A stretch of 52,822 bases of DNA from an uncultured bacterium (lineage in GTDB: Bacteria > Patescibacteriota > Minisyncoccia > UBA6257 > UBA9933): assembly GCA_913009635.1 (NCBI GenBank), contig CAJVXI010000003.1, positions 1 through 52,822 of the forward strand, read 5' to 3'. Every line of letters begins with the position of its first letter. Position 1 is the stretch's first letter. Shown here piece after piece: positions 38,696 to 48,744 of the stretch. A model generated the notes under the pieces. That model was not told where the DNA came from and ran no database searches. It worked only from the letters and a program-made list of their open reading frames with translations. The position numbers and the translations under genes were made by a program.

Positions 38696-38803
38696 AATAG
38701 TATTAGTAGTGGCTGTTAATAAGTTGATAAGTTAATAAATATCAACTTATCAATTAAATAATTTAACGACCTAGTTTTAATATTCTGTGGAAAAATATAG
38801 AAT
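38696..38803. promoter_or_regulatory. oriC candidate segment with DnaA-box-like 9-mers
   Basis: TGTGGAAAA at 38786, TGTTAATAA at 38714, AGTTGATAA at 38722; AT-rich, between dnaA and dnaN. Confidence 0.6.
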
Positions 38804-40171
38804 TTATTGTTTATAAATTAACTCTTTAATTAATATGACTTTTTGGTTTAAATCACGATTTTTATTGATTTCTTCAGAGATTTTTTCATATGAATGAATG
38901 GCTGTGCTGTGGTCTCTTTTCCCCATCTTTTCCCCAATATTTGGATAGGATAAACTCAGGATATCCCTTAAAAGAAATATTGCTATTTGACGGGGCTCAA
39001 CAATCTCTTTTCTTCTAGAGCGGGCGGTTAATTCATTTGGGGTTGTTTCAAAAAATTCAGCAACCACCTTAATTACTTGATTAGGGCTGATATTTTTAAA
39101 AGATTGTTGAATAGAGGAATCTATAATTTCTTCAATTATAGCGGGTGTTAAATCATCACTTTTGTTTTCTCGATAAAAGGTAATTTTATTTAAAATTCCT
39201 TCAATTTCACGAACGTTTTTTCTTACTTTATTAGCGATTAATCCACAAAGATCGTCTGATAAAGCGCTATTTTGTTCTTGAAGCTTGGTTTTGATGATTG
39301 CTACCCTCATCTCATAGTCAGGTAAGCCGATATCGGCAATCATCCCTCCCAAAAAACGTGAGCGTAGCCGTTCTTCCAGTGTTGGAATGGCGGCTGGCGG
39401 TCTGTCAGACGAGATAATTATTTGTTTATTATTTTCATAAAGAGCATTAAAGGTATGGAAAAACTCTTCTTCGCTTCGCTCTTTTCCCCCAATAAATTGA
39501 ATGTCGTCAATAATTAAAACGTCAATATTACGATATCTGCTTTTAATATCATCCATTCGTTTGTTTCGAATTCCCCAAATTACTTCATTAACAAATTTTT
39601 CCGATGGCACGTATTTTGTTTTTATTCTATTTTTATAAAGTTGTTTAATTTCGTTGCCGATAGCTTGGATTAAATGAGTTTTCCCCAATCCGACACCTCC
39701 ATAAATAAAAAATGGATTATATTTTTTACCAACATCTTTAATTATTGCCGAAGCAGCTGCGTAAGCCAATTCATTAGAAGAGCCAACAACAAAAGAATTA
39801 AAATTATAACGTGGATGTAAATTAGTTTCGGGATCTATTTTTAATTCTGGAAAGCTTGGATGTGATTTATTAATTTTTTCGTGTTGGGTGTTGCGAATTT
39901 TTAACGCAGGCTCTTTGGTTGGTCCCGTTATAACGGTATATTTAATTCCTTTAATGGTTTCATCTAATGAGCGAAGAATACCCAATATGATTTTGTGATA
40001 TTTATTTTCTACCCATTCTTTAGCAAAGTTATTAGCTAAGCCAATTATTATTTGTCCTTCTTTATTTTTTTCAATTAGTTGGCTGTTTTTTAGCCAGGTC
40101 AGAAAATTAGGACGTGAAATTTGAAGTTCTAGCTCTGATAAAGTTGTTTGCCAAAGTTTTTTTAAGTCCAT
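38804..40171 (-). CDS. dnaA: Chromosomal replication initiator DnaA
   Basis: YNPFFIYGGVGLGKTHL, IDDIQF, FFHTFN, RDHST. Confidence 0.98.
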   Translation of the reverse strand: MDLKKLWQTTLSELELQISRPNFLTWLKNSQLIEKNKEGQIIIGLANNFAKEWVENKYHKIILGILRSLDETIKGIKYTVITGPTKEPALKIRNTQHEKINKSHPSFPELKIDPETNLHPRYNFNSFVVGSSNELAYAAASAIIKDVGKKYNPFFIYGGVGLGKTHLIQAIGNEIKQLYKNRIKTKYVPSEKFVNEVIWGIRNKRMDDIKSRYRNIDVLIIDDIQFIGGKERSEEEFFHTFNALYENNKQIIISSDRPPAAIPTLEERLRSRFLGGMIADIGLPDYEMRVAIIKTKLQEQNSALSDDLCGLIANKVRKNVREIEGILNKITFYRENKSDDLTPAIIEEIIDSSIQQSFKNISPNQVIKVVAEFFETTPNELTARSRRKEIVEPRQIAIFLLRDILSLSYPNIGEKMGKRDHSTAIHSYEKISEEINKNRDLNQKVILIKELIYKQ

Positions 40172-40487
40172 AGTTATTTTGTTTTTTACAAAACTACAAA
40201 ATTGTGTGAAAGTACGAAAATTAATTTCGTGATTTTATGTGATTTCGTATTTTTATATGATTGTTTAATTATTATTTTAATTCTGCAATTAGTCAAATAC
40301 GGAAATGTATTAAACTTGTTGATTATTTGTGGAAAACTTTTTTGAATTTTTAATATAACATATTGATTAAATTAGAAAAATGCTTTATTATATAAAGATT
40401 CAAATATAATTATTAATCTTTGGTTATTATAGCTTTGGCTATTGCAATTTTTGTCAATAGTCATCGTCAATAGTCATTGTAATTATT
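40172..40487. promoter_or_regulatory. dnaA-rpmH intergenic region with DnaA-box-like sites
   Basis: TGTTGATTA at 40317, TGTGGAAAA at 40328; very AT-rich. Confidence 0.55.
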
Positions 40488-40622
40488 TTGTCTATCACTT
40501 ATCAGCCCAAAAAAAGAAAAAGACGTCGAACACATGGATTTTTAAAAAGATCTCGTTCAGTAGGCGGAAGGAACACCTTACAAAAAAGGCGGCAAAAAGG
40601 AAGAAAGAAAATTTCGGTATGA
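40488..40622 (+). CDS. rpmH: 50S ribosomal protein L34 (TTG start; not in ORF track)
   Basis: [44 protein letters not shown]. Confidence 0.95.
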   Translation: MSITYQPKKRKRRRTHGFLKRSRSVGGRNTLQKRRQKGRKKISV

Positions 40623-40627
40623 TTTTT

Positions 40628-40763
40628 AAATCTCAAATTACAAGCACCAAATTTTAAATAAGCACCAATGACCAAAATCTCAATGACCAAAACCCGTCGT
40701 GTTTAGTCCGCCAGTTGGCGGATGGAATTTATTTGTGATTTGGAATTTGTGATTTGGAATTTA
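40628..40763. repeat. Family B element (inverted) with nested TCCGCC..GGCGGA hairpin
   Basis: AATGACCAAAACCCGTCGTGTTT is the reverse complement of the 24266-24440 core. Confidence 0.85.
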
Positions 40764-40770
40764 TTTTTAT

Positions 40771-41097
40771 ATGTTGTCTAAAAAATACCGTTTACCGATT
40801 CAAGAATTTTTAGGAAAGAGCTCTAAAAGTGTTAGGGGCGTATATTTTACAATCAAATCTAAAACTAATAATTTGTTGTTTAGTCGATTCGGCGTGGTTA
40901 TAAGTAGAAAGATAAGCAAGAGCGCGGTAAGACGTAATAAAATAAAAAGAATTATTTTCGATTTTATTAGATTCAAAGAATACTATTTAAAAGCTGGAAA
41001 AGATGTATTGGTTATCGTATCTCCACAAGTCAGTAAGTTGACGAAAATAGAGATAGAGGGAGAGCTGGAGAACATGTTAATAAAATGTAAAATTTAA
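40771..41097 (+). CDS. rnpA: RNase P protein component
   Basis: RFGVVISRK..KSAVRRNKIKR; synteny with rpmH and yidC. Confidence 0.93.
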   Translation: MLSKKYRLPIQEFLGKSSKSVRGVYFTIKSKTNNLLFSRFGVVISRKISKSAVRRNKIKRIIFDFIRFKEYYLKAGKDVLVIVSPQVSKLTKIEIEGELENMLIKCKI

Positions 41098-41208
41098 AAA
41101 TCAAAAATCAAAATGACAATGCAAAATTCTAAAATAAGTTATAAATAAAAACAACTTTAACATTTTAACTTGTCATTTTACATTTTGATATTTACATTTT
41201 TAATTTTT
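41082..41208. repeat. Family C element without a gene
   Basis: AAAATGTAAAATTTAAAAATCAAAAATCAAAATGACA / TGTCATTTTACATTTTGATATTTACATTTT. Confidence 0.85.
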
Positions 41209-41212
41209 ATCT

Positions 41213-41941
41213 ATGGCTAATTTATTTCATGAAATTTTATATCGTCCTCTATTTAACGCTTTAATTTTTTTATACCAAAATTTTTCTTTTCACGATCTTG
41301 GTATTGCTATTATTCTCCTGACTTTTTTAATTAGGCTAATTTTATTCCCTTTGTTTTATAAGGGCGCTAAGGATCAGGCGATTATGCAGCGCTTGGCGCC
41401 AAAAATTAAAGAAATTCAACGTAATCATAAACATAATAAAGAAAAACAAGCTCAAGCAATGTTAGCGCTTTATCGTCTTCATCGAGTTAACCCCTTTTCC
41501 AGTTTTTTGTTACTTATTGTCCAATTACCGATTATAATAGCTTTATATCGAGTTTTTTTACGGGGGCTTTCAAGCGATTCATTTAATATCTTATATTCTT
41601 TTATTGTTCAGCCGGATTCGTTAAATCTTTTTTCCTTAGGAATAATTGATTTAAGCACTCGTAATATTTTTGTTATAATTTTAGCGGTTGTTGCCCAATA
41701 TTTTCAGGGGAGATTGTCGCTTGCTCAAAATAAAAGCAGCGATACTAAATCATTGTCTCCTATGGAAAAAATGGGCAGGCAAATGGTTTTTATGGGTCCA
41801 GTCTTAACATTTGTTTTTTTATACGTGTTTAATCTACCGTCAGCTGTTGGTCTTTATTGGTTAACAACAACAGCATTTTCAGTTGTTCAACAGGTAGCAA
41901 TTAATAAACAATTAAAACAAAATGGAGAACTTACAAAATAA
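41213..41941 (+). CDS. yidC: Membrane protein insertase YidC
   Basis: GIAIILLT..RLILFPL, VQLPI, GLYW. Confidence 0.93.
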   Translation: MANLFHEILYRPLFNALIFLYQNFSFHDLGIAIILLTFLIRLILFPLFYKGAKDQAIMQRLAPKIKEIQRNHKHNKEKQAQAMLALYRLHRVNPFSSFLLLIVQLPIIIALYRVFLRGLSSDSFNILYSFIVQPDSLNLFSLGIIDLSTRNIFVIILAVVAQYFQGRLSLAQNKSSDTKSLSPMEKMGRQMVFMGPVLTFVFLYVFNLPSAVGLYWLTTTAFSVVQQVAINKQLKQNGELTK

Positions 41942-42350
41942 ACTTCAAAAACTTATTAAGCTAATGGGATTCGATGATTTCTCGATTAGTTATGACGCAG
42001 ATGGCAGTCGTTTTTTAATTTTTCTTAACGAAGGTGAAGATTTTAAGAAATTTTTACCATTTTTTGTAGCCGACTTAAATCATTTAGCTAAATTAATTGC
42101 AAAAAAAGATAAACTGGAAACGGTTTTTGTTGATGTAAATAATTACCGGCGTGAGCGTGAAAATTTAATTTTAGAGTTAGCCAGAGCGACTGCTAGAAAA
42201 GTTGTTGCTACAAACGAGGAGATTTCCTTGCCAATAATGAATGCTTATGAACGCCGATTAGTTCACTTGGAATTAGTTGGTCGACCAGATATAAGTACCG
42301 AGAGCACAGGAGAAGGCAAAGAGAGACGCGTGGTGATTAAACCGATTTAG
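41922..42350 (+). CDS. Jag-like R3H-domain protein
   Basis: DVNNYR, MNAYERRLVH, ESTGEGKERRVVI. Confidence 0.88.
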   Translation: MENLQNKLQKLIKLMGFDDFSISYDADGSRFLIFLNEGEDFKKFLPFFVADLNHLAKLIAKKDKLETVFVDVNNYRRERENLILELARATARKVVATNEEISLPIMNAYERRLVHLELVGRPDISTESTGEGKERRVVIKPI

Positions 42351-42377
42351 TTAGCCACTAGCCACTAGTATACCAAT

Positions 42378-42734
42378 ATGATAAATTCGTATAAAGATTT
42401 AATTGTTTGGCAAAAATCTTTTAATTTAGTTATAGAAATTTATAGATTAACTAATTTATTCCCGAAATCAGAAATTTACGGCTTAGTTGCCCAAATTCGC
42501 CGCTGTGCTGTTTCTATTCCCTCTAATATTGCAGAAGGTTTTGTAAGAAAACATCGAAAAGAATACGCTCAATTTATTTCTATTGCCTTTGGATCTGGCG
42601 CAGAATTGGAAACTCAGCTATTATTATCAAAGGCATTAAAAATGATGCCAGAAAAAGAATTTGTTAAATCAGAAGAATTATTAAATGAAATAATGAAAAT
42701 GTTAAATTCATTATTAACATCTTTAAGAAATTAA
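42378..42734 (+). CDS. Four-helix-bundle (23S rRNA IVS-like) protein
   Basis: SYKDLIVWQKS, FPKSEIYGL..QIRR.AVSIPSNIAEG, GSGAELETQL. Confidence 0.93.
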   Translation: MINSYKDLIVWQKSFNLVIEIYRLTNLFPKSEIYGLVAQIRRCAVSIPSNIAEGFVRKHRKEYAQFISIAFGSGAELETQLLLSKALKMMPEKEFVKSEELLNEIMKMLNSLLTSLRN

Positions 42735-42745
42735 CGTACTAGTGG

Positions 42746-43885
42746 CTAGTCGCTAATCACTAATTTGTAAAGTATATTATCGTAGCGGTTGATAAACAGA
42801 AGCTGATTGTCTAAGATCGATAAACGAAAAGCGTCAATAGCTGATTTTGTTTCAGTGTAAATTATTTCAAATGTATTTTGTTCAATGTCCATTTCGTAAA
42901 TAAAATCTTCAAAATAGACGTTTCTTTTTAGATAATCATCCGGCAAAATTGGTTCTTGCGTTGAGCTGTGTGTCTGAGGAATAGCGCAATATATTTTATT
43001 TAAAGTGAGTAGGCACTTATTTGGCAATGTTGAGAAGTCAAAATTTGCTTGAGTTATTCCGTCGTCATTAATTAAATCCAAAGAAGAATTTCTTTTTTGG
43101 TCAACAAAGAATTTTATTCCTAAACTTCCGTCAGCTGACCAATTGGTCATTAAACCTCTTCCAGAGGCTATTTTTTTAAGAGTTTTATTTGTTATATTTA
43201 TTGACCAGATATCAGAATCAATTTGAGAAGATGGTTTTGGAAGCAGTAAAATATTTTCATTGGTTAGCCACTTTAGCTCAAGGTCTTTTTGGGAAAGAGA
43301 AATAATTTTAGTTGTTTTTGTTTCAGATATGTTTTTTGTGATTAAATCGCTTTTTCCGTTGTTGGTTTTCAGATAGGCAATTTTTTTGCTGTCTGGAGAA
43401 AAATCAGCTGCTGTAATTTCAGAAGGAAGTAATTCCCAAATTCTTTCAACTGCATTAAAGATATTAAATTGCGGTGAATCTCTTTTTCCGTATTTTATCA
43501 AAATTCTTTCGCCGTTGGCGCTGCTTTTTATTAATTGAATATTTTCTATTGGCTGAGAACTGATAATTTCATCTTCGGCGTTTTCTATAATTTTGAATAT
43601 TTTACCGTCTTGAGTAATATAGAAGATTTCGGCGGAGATAGTCAGTCCGCCTTCATCAAGGTTATGTCGGATGAAGTAATCAAAAATTGTCTGATCGCTG
43701 ATACTTTTTAGATTAGATGTTGGAGGTATCGGCGATATTGGAGGTGCAGGCGCGGTAATTATTGGAATTGTTGGAGATGTTGGCGGTGTTAAAATTTCCT
43801 GGGATTTTTTCCATGCAAAATAAATTCCACCTGCCAAAGCCAGAATACCAAAGATAACGCCGATTATAATGATTATTTTTCTCAT
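42746..43885 (-). CDS. Membrane-anchored beta-propeller-like protein
   Basis: N-terminal TM, Pro-rich linker, FSPDSKKIAY (PD40-like). Confidence 0.7.
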   Translation of the reverse strand: MRKIIIIIGVIFGILALAGGIYFAWKKSQEILTPPTSPTIPIITAPAPPISPIPPTSNLKSISDQTIFDYFIRHNLDEGGLTISAEIFYITQDGKIFKIIENAEDEIISSQPIENIQLIKSSANGERILIKYGKRDSPQFNIFNAVERIWELLPSEITAADFSPDSKKIAYLKTNNGKSDLITKNISETKTTKIISLSQKDLELKWLTNENILLLPKPSSQIDSDIWSINITNKTLKKIASGRGLMTNWSADGSLGIKFFVDQKRNSSLDLINDDGITQANFDFSTLPNKCLLTLNKIYCAIPQTHSSTQEPILPDDYLKRNVYFEDFIYEMDIEQNTFEIIYTETKSAIDAFRLSILDNQLLFINRYDNILYKLVISD

Positions 43886-43908
43886 ATTTTAAATATTGCG
43901 TTATTTAA

Positions 43909-44340
43909 TTACCATTCTCCGCTAGCGCCACCTCCTTTAAATTCTCCGCCACCCCCACCTTTAAATGTGCCAGCTTCATCCATTGCTTTTTCGATAGACT
44001 CTTGTGTTTTTCCTAATTTTACCAAGTCAGGATTAATAGTATAAAGAATCAGATAGGCGCCTAATAAAAGCGCTAAGCCCCAAATAGCGCCAGTAAACCA
44101 TGCTTTGGCATCTTGCTGTTTTGACGCATTACCGGCGGAAACCGTATATAAAATTCCACCGTAAACCATTACTCCTAAGGCAATAACTCCGACTACGCCT
44201 AAAGCCCAAATATAAACACTACTTACCATTCCTGCCGGTTTTGTTTCGCCTGACCAAGGGTAATCTATACTAGCAGCAACTCCAAGCAGAGGGAAAAGCG
44301 CAATGACAATTATAAAAATTTTTAAAATTATTTTTTTCAT
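43909..44340 (-). CDS. VirB2/TrbC-like pilin
   Basis: YGGILY..SAGN..AK..GAIWGL..YLILYTINP. Confidence 0.75.
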   Translation of the reverse strand: MKKIILKIFIIVIALFPLLGVAASIDYPWSGETKPAGMVSSVYIWALGVVGVIALGVMVYGGILYTVSAGNASKQQDAKAWFTGAIWGLALLLGAYLILYTINPDLVKLGKTQESIEKAMDEAGTFKGGGGGEFKGGGASGEW

Positions 44341-44352
44341 ATATTGATATTA

Positions 44353-45057
44353 TTATTTTATTTGTAATTGAATATTCTTATTTGCAAATTCAAATTGATT
44401 AGCGATATTTTTAATTATCGCTTTAAGATTTATAACGGTTCCTGGCGGAGTTTGCGTATTAATACTTAAACTAAGTTCTTGCGGGTTTTCGGTAATATCA
44501 GCTACTTGCTCATTAGCCCACCATTCAAAAGAAAGTTCGCCTAAATCTTTAATATTAAAAAAGAATGGAAAAACATGGAATAAATTTTCCCCAGCGCTAA
44601 TTTTTTGTTCAGTATAAGGCGCGTCGATTATAGCTTCCGGCATAACTATTGGAATATGAATAATTTTATATAAAGCGTTCGCGCTATAATCAACAACGGC
44701 AATTTTTACTTCAATATCGTTTCCTCGAAAATTATTATTGATAAATTGTAAGGATTTTATTCCTAAGCCGCTGTCTTCGTTTTTAAATAATTTATCGTTG
44801 ATATACCAACGGATTTTATTTTTTGAAAGATTAACGATTTTATTATTATTAATTAATTCAAAATTTATATTAATTGAAGAACCGCGAGTTGGAAAAACTT
44901 TGCCTTGGTACCAGTTTGGCACATAGCTGTCAGCTTGCCAAGAAGTAAGAAATTGGTGAGAAGCTCCAAAAGAAGAAAAAGGGAAGAAAAAAGAGAAAAG
45001 AAAAAATATGGCTAGAAATATGGAGATGTTTTTAAATTTTTTAATATTAGTATTCAT
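44353..45057 (-). CDS. Secreted hypothetical protein
   Basis: Signal peptide, beta-rich body. Confidence 0.7.
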   Translation of the reverse strand: MNTNIKKFKNISIFLAIFFLFSFFFPFSSFGASHQFLTSWQADSYVPNWYQGKVFPTRGSSININFELINNNKIVNLSKNKIRWYINDKLFKNEDSGLGIKSLQFINNNFRGNDIEVKIAVVDYSANALYKIIHIPIVMPEAIIDAPYTEQKISAGENLFHVFPFFFNIKDLGELSFEWWANEQVADITENPQELSLSINTQTPPGTVINLKAIIKNIANQFEFANKNIQLQIK

Positions 45058-45062
45058 TTTTA

Positions 45063-45395
45063 TTATTTTATTATTTTTACCGCTTTTGCCACTTTTACTC
45101 CCTCAGTAGTTGTTGGATGATTAGCTAAATAAATTGTAATAATTAAGCCAACCGTTCTCATAGGTAAGGCGCCTAAATATGGAATACATTCTAAAATATT
45201 AGTGGCTAAATCATAGGTTGACCTCACTCCTTTTATTCTAAAATAAAATTGAGTAACTGGGAAGGTTATAAGATCTAATATCAAAAAGTCGTCTAAACCG
45301 AAAAAAATCAATATTATGCCAATCAAGTCAGTAAATCCAATATACATTATCAATAAAATTGATTCTGGGAGTGATATGCATTTTTCATTATTCAT
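45063..45395 (-). CDS. Small membrane protein
   Basis: Hydrophobic; ECIPYLGALP motif. Confidence 0.7.
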   Translation of the reverse strand: MNNEKCISLPESILLIMYIGFTDLIGIILIFFGLDDFLILDLITFPVTQFYFRIKGVRSTYDLATNILECIPYLGALPMRTVGLIITIYLANHPTTTEGVKVAKAVKIIK

Positions 45396-45398
45396 AAT

Positions 45399-47144
45399 TT
45401 AGCTGTCTTTTTGTCCAAGTAATTGTTCCGGACTCGTTGTAATAACTTGGTCTTCAAAATAAGAAGCAATAATTTGAATTGATACGTGTTTTAAGCCCGC
45501 GAAGAATAGTCCTTCACCAATTGCCGCTTCTAATAATAATTGCTTTTCCGCTTCAGTAAGATTAAAAGTTTTAGCTATTAAATCTATGGTTGACGGCGCT
45601 TGTTTTAATAAAAGCTGCAAAGAAGAGTTGGTGATAATCGGCCGACCAAAAGGCGATTCAAGAAAATCAGCGACATTTTGAGTAATAGTAGTAAGTCCTA
45701 AATAATATTTTCTGCAGCGTTTTGCCAAACTAAAAAGAAAGGAAGCGCTGTCCGGGTATTTCATCATCCACCACGCCTCGTCAATAATCATAATTCGTTT
45801 TTTCATTTTGGCGCGAATAAGATTCCAGATAAAGTTAAGCACAATATACATGGCAATCGGCCTAAGTTGTTCTTCCAAATCGCGAATTGAGAAAACAATT
45901 AAACGGTTTTCAATGTCAATATTTGTTTGTTTGTTCGTGAAGCCAGAATAGCTTCCTCGAGTGTATTTTTCTAAACGCTGGGCTAATCCCAGAGCGCCTT
46001 TTGTATTTTCTAAGATAATTTGTAAATCTTCCAATGTTGGCGGTTGGACTTGGGTAAAATCTTTTTTCTCAGGCGTAATGTCTCGCGAAGCGTATGTTTC
46101 GGTAACCGCTCTATCTAAAAGAGCGTCTTCTTCGGGTGTAATTTCGCCAAGCATTAATTTTATCAGGCCGGTAAGATTAAGAATGTGCGATTTAAAAACA
46201 TCAGCAGCATCTTCATTTTCTGGAATAATAGGGATATCAAAGGGATTGATTTGATTTTCTGAAGTTAAGGAGATTTTAAAAAAGCTTCCGCCAACTGATT
46301 CAGTTAATTTTTGATATTCATTTTCTGGGTCAATAACTAAAACGTCAATCCCCATCATTAAAGAGCGGATAATTTCTATTTTAGTGGCGTAAGATTTACC
46401 AGCTCCGGCTTTAGCAAAAACAACCTGATTCGCGTTTTCTAAAGAAAAGCGGTCAAAAATTACTAAGGTATTATTATGACGATTAATACCGTAAAGAATT
46501 CCTTCGTCAGAAGTTAAATCAGTGGAAACAAATGGGAAAAATGAGGAAACAGGACCTGAATTAAGCGGAGTGTGGATGAGAAGCTTGTCTTGACCAAGAG
46601 GTAGTGTTGACTGAACTCCTTCTAATTGTTGGAAAATTGCCGGCTTAACGTAAACTAAATGGCTTTCAAATAAGGAGTTAATGCTTTCTTCTAAGCTATT
46701 AAGCTCTTCAATTGTTTCGCCGTAAATAGTGATATAAATTCCTACGTTAAATAATCGTTCCCTGGCTTGCTGAAGAGAATCTCGAAGTGATTCAATGTCT
46801 TGAAACGCGGTTTCTAAAAGTGGGTCTCTAACAAGACCTTTTTCTTGTTTTTCTAAAAGTTGAGCCTCAATTTGGGCGGTTTTTTTGCGTAGGCTTCTCA
46901 ATGCTATACTTGTGTCAACTGGGTGTATAAAAATGGAAATATCCAAAAGATTAGGAAGATTAATAATTGAATTAAACCAGCCGGTTGCCAGGTAGCGCGG
47001 GTAAGTAAAGATAAAAATTGTCTTCGCGAACTTATCGCCTAATTTTAAATAATTAGGATTGACTTCCATGGCTGCCGGCGCAATAACGTTTTTAATATCT
47101 TTTTCTCCAGCCGTATAAGGTTGAGGTATTTTAATCTTTTCCAT
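45399..47144 (-). CDS. VirB4/TraC-like ATPase
   Basis: AKAGAGKS, IDPENEY, IDEAWW, RCRKY..TQ. Confidence 0.9.
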   Translation of the reverse strand: MEKIKIPQPYTAGEKDIKNVIAPAAMEVNPNYLKLGDKFAKTIFIFTYPRYLATGWFNSIINLPNLLDISIFIHPVDTSIALRSLRKKTAQIEAQLLEKQEKGLVRDPLLETAFQDIESLRDSLQQARERLFNVGIYITIYGETIEELNSLEESINSLFESHLVYVKPAIFQQLEGVQSTLPLGQDKLLIHTPLNSGPVSSFFPFVSTDLTSDEGILYGINRHNNTLVIFDRFSLENANQVVFAKAGAGKSYATKIEIIRSLMMGIDVLVIDPENEYQKLTESVGGSFFKISLTSENQINPFDIPIIPENEDAADVFKSHILNLTGLIKLMLGEITPEEDALLDRAVTETYASRDITPEKKDFTQVQPPTLEDLQIILENTKGALGLAQRLEKYTRGSYSGFTNKQTNIDIENRLIVFSIRDLEEQLRPIAMYIVLNFIWNLIRAKMKKRIMIIDEAWWMMKYPDSASFLFSLAKRCRKYYLGLTTITQNVADFLESPFGRPIITNSSLQLLLKQAPSTIDLIAKTFNLTEAEKQLLLEAAIGEGLFFAGLKHVSIQIIASYFEDQVITTSPEQLLGQKDS

Positions 47145-47580
47145 AAGAGTGTTCGCGAATTAGCGAATTCGCGCGAATATACGAATTTAATTTAAAATTA
47201 GAATTAAGAACTCGTCGGTATTTGATGCCATCCTTAGTAAAATATATTATAATCGCTAATTTGTAATTGCCCGATTTTAGATAATTCATAACTTGTTTAA
47301 TAAAAGGATATCCTAAATTATACCTTGCTTTTAATTCAACGACAATTTTACCGTTAATAACAAAATCTAATCGATATCGTCCAATTTTATTATTTTCATA
47401 TTTTATATCAATAATTTTTTCGCGTTCGTATTTTAATAGCTCATTGTCTAATTCTTTGCTGAAAGCTTTTTGATAATAATCTTCTTTTAAGCCATAACCC
47501 AGATTATTATATGTTTTAAAAGCCGCGCCAATTATTTTATAACTTTCTTTTGGATAAATAATTTCTTTGTTATTCGCCAT
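47131..47580 (-). CDS. GxxExxY (PD-(D/E)xK-like) protein
   Basis: LGYGLKEDYY, RLDFVI..VVELKA, QVMNYL. Confidence 0.92.
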   Translation of the reverse strand: MANNKEIIYPKESYKIIGAAFKTYNNLGYGLKEDYYQKAFSKELDNELLKYEREKIIDIKYENNKIGRYRLDFVINGKIVVELKARYNLGYPFIKQVMNYLKSGNYKLAIIIYFTKDGIKYRRVLNSNFKLNSYIRANSLIREHSYGKD

Positions 47581-47606
47581 ATTCGCAAATATTCGCTAAT
47601 TAGTGA

Positions 47607-48254
47607 TTACTCTTTTGCTATTTTTAATTCTTTTTTCTCTATCGCGCTTGGATTGTAAAGATTATAAAATAATTCAATCAATTCTTCATTATTAAGAGGC
47701 ACTATTCGGAGACCGATTTGCGTAAGACCATTAACTACTCGGTCTGTTTTGTGATTAAGCTGTTGGATTTTTTGCTCCAAAGTTTGCTCTGTTTGAGACG
47801 ATTGTATTTTTTTGCCAAGTTTAAACATATTTAAAAGTTTTTTACCGCCAACAGGAATTTTAATTGGGTCATAAGGAACTACAACAAAGAAAGTTTTTGC
47901 CATTACCGCGTTTTGCTCCACAAATGAACGTATAAATTCTATGTATTCAGAAATTTGATTTTTTAATAGCCCGTTGTCTTCTTGGCTTTTGCGTTCAGCT
48001 AATTTTTTAAGGTAGCCGTCAATATTAAGTTTCCGCGAATGTATTATAAATTGGACAGAAAAGTCCAGTGTATTTAAAAAATTTTGATAGGTATAAGTAA
48101 TAATATTTTGTTCTTCTTCTGATTTAAGTTCAAAATTAATTCCAGCCACCATTAAAATTCGGCGTAACGAACCGTTTTTTAAAACAATTACGCCGTTAAC
48201 AATGTCTTCTATATCAACAAATTGCTGAGTGGAGCCACTTTGTTTTTGTGCCAT
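47607..48254 (-). CDS. TraC-like VirB4-associated protein
   Basis: STQQFV, INFELKSEEEQ, FLNTLDF; lies between PrgI and VirB4. Confidence 0.75.
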   Translation of the reverse strand: MAQKQSGSTQQFVDIEDIVNGVIVLKNGSLRRILMVAGINFELKSEEEQNIITYTYQNFLNTLDFSVQFIIHSRKLNIDGYLKKLAERKSQEDNGLLKNQISEYIEFIRSFVEQNAVMAKTFFVVVPYDPIKIPVGGKKLLNMFKLGKKIQSSQTEQTLEQKIQQLNHKTDRVVNGLTQIGLRIVPLNNEELIELFYNLYNPSAIEKKELKIAKE

Positions 48255-48308
48255 AGTAATGTAATGCTAATATACTAATTCATACTAATTATACTAATAA
48301 ATACTAAT

Positions 48309-48707
48309 TTATGTAAATTTATTTCTTGTATCCGTATCTATCCGAATTATTCTCATTGGCTTAATGTATTGAGATCTAAAGTTTATTAATAATCCAAGTT
48401 TAATATCTGCAATTTGTAAATAGCGTTGTATCTGGCAATAATCTTCGCGAGTAATAATTCTTTTAGTTTTTATCTCGATAATAATTTTATTGTCTATTAA
48501 AAAATCAACTATATTACCGGTATCGCCAAGAATAAACTCTCTTTTATAAGAAATTTTGATTTCTTTTAATTGTTTTTCTATTTTATCGGCATACTGTTTT
48601 TCGCGTGCATATCTTCCTATTTCATTATGAATATCAAAACAAATACCGGTAATAATATAAGAAAGTTCAGGGTAAATTAATTTATTATTTTTGTTATTCG
48701 TATTCAT
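48309..48707 (-). CDS. GxxExxY family protein (variant motif)
   Basis: [40 protein letters not shown]; ATG at 48707. Confidence 0.9.
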   Translation of the reverse strand: MNTNNKNNKLIYPELSYIITGICFDIHNEIGRYAREKQYADKIEKQLKEIKISYKREFILGDTGNIVDFLIDNKIIIEIKTKRIITREDYCQIQRYLQIADIKLGLLINFRSQYIKPMRIIRIDTDTRNKFT

Positions 48708-48744
48708 TAGTATCATTAGCACGCATTCGTATATTGGCATTGCG

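Noticed and set aside
40442-40690. 71-aa and 62-aa ORFs
   Set aside because: Shadows of rpmH at 40488-40622
42378-42734. DGR accessory protein Avd or 23S rRNA intervening sequence
   Set aside because: No reverse transcriptase, TR/VR pair or rRNA gene in the window
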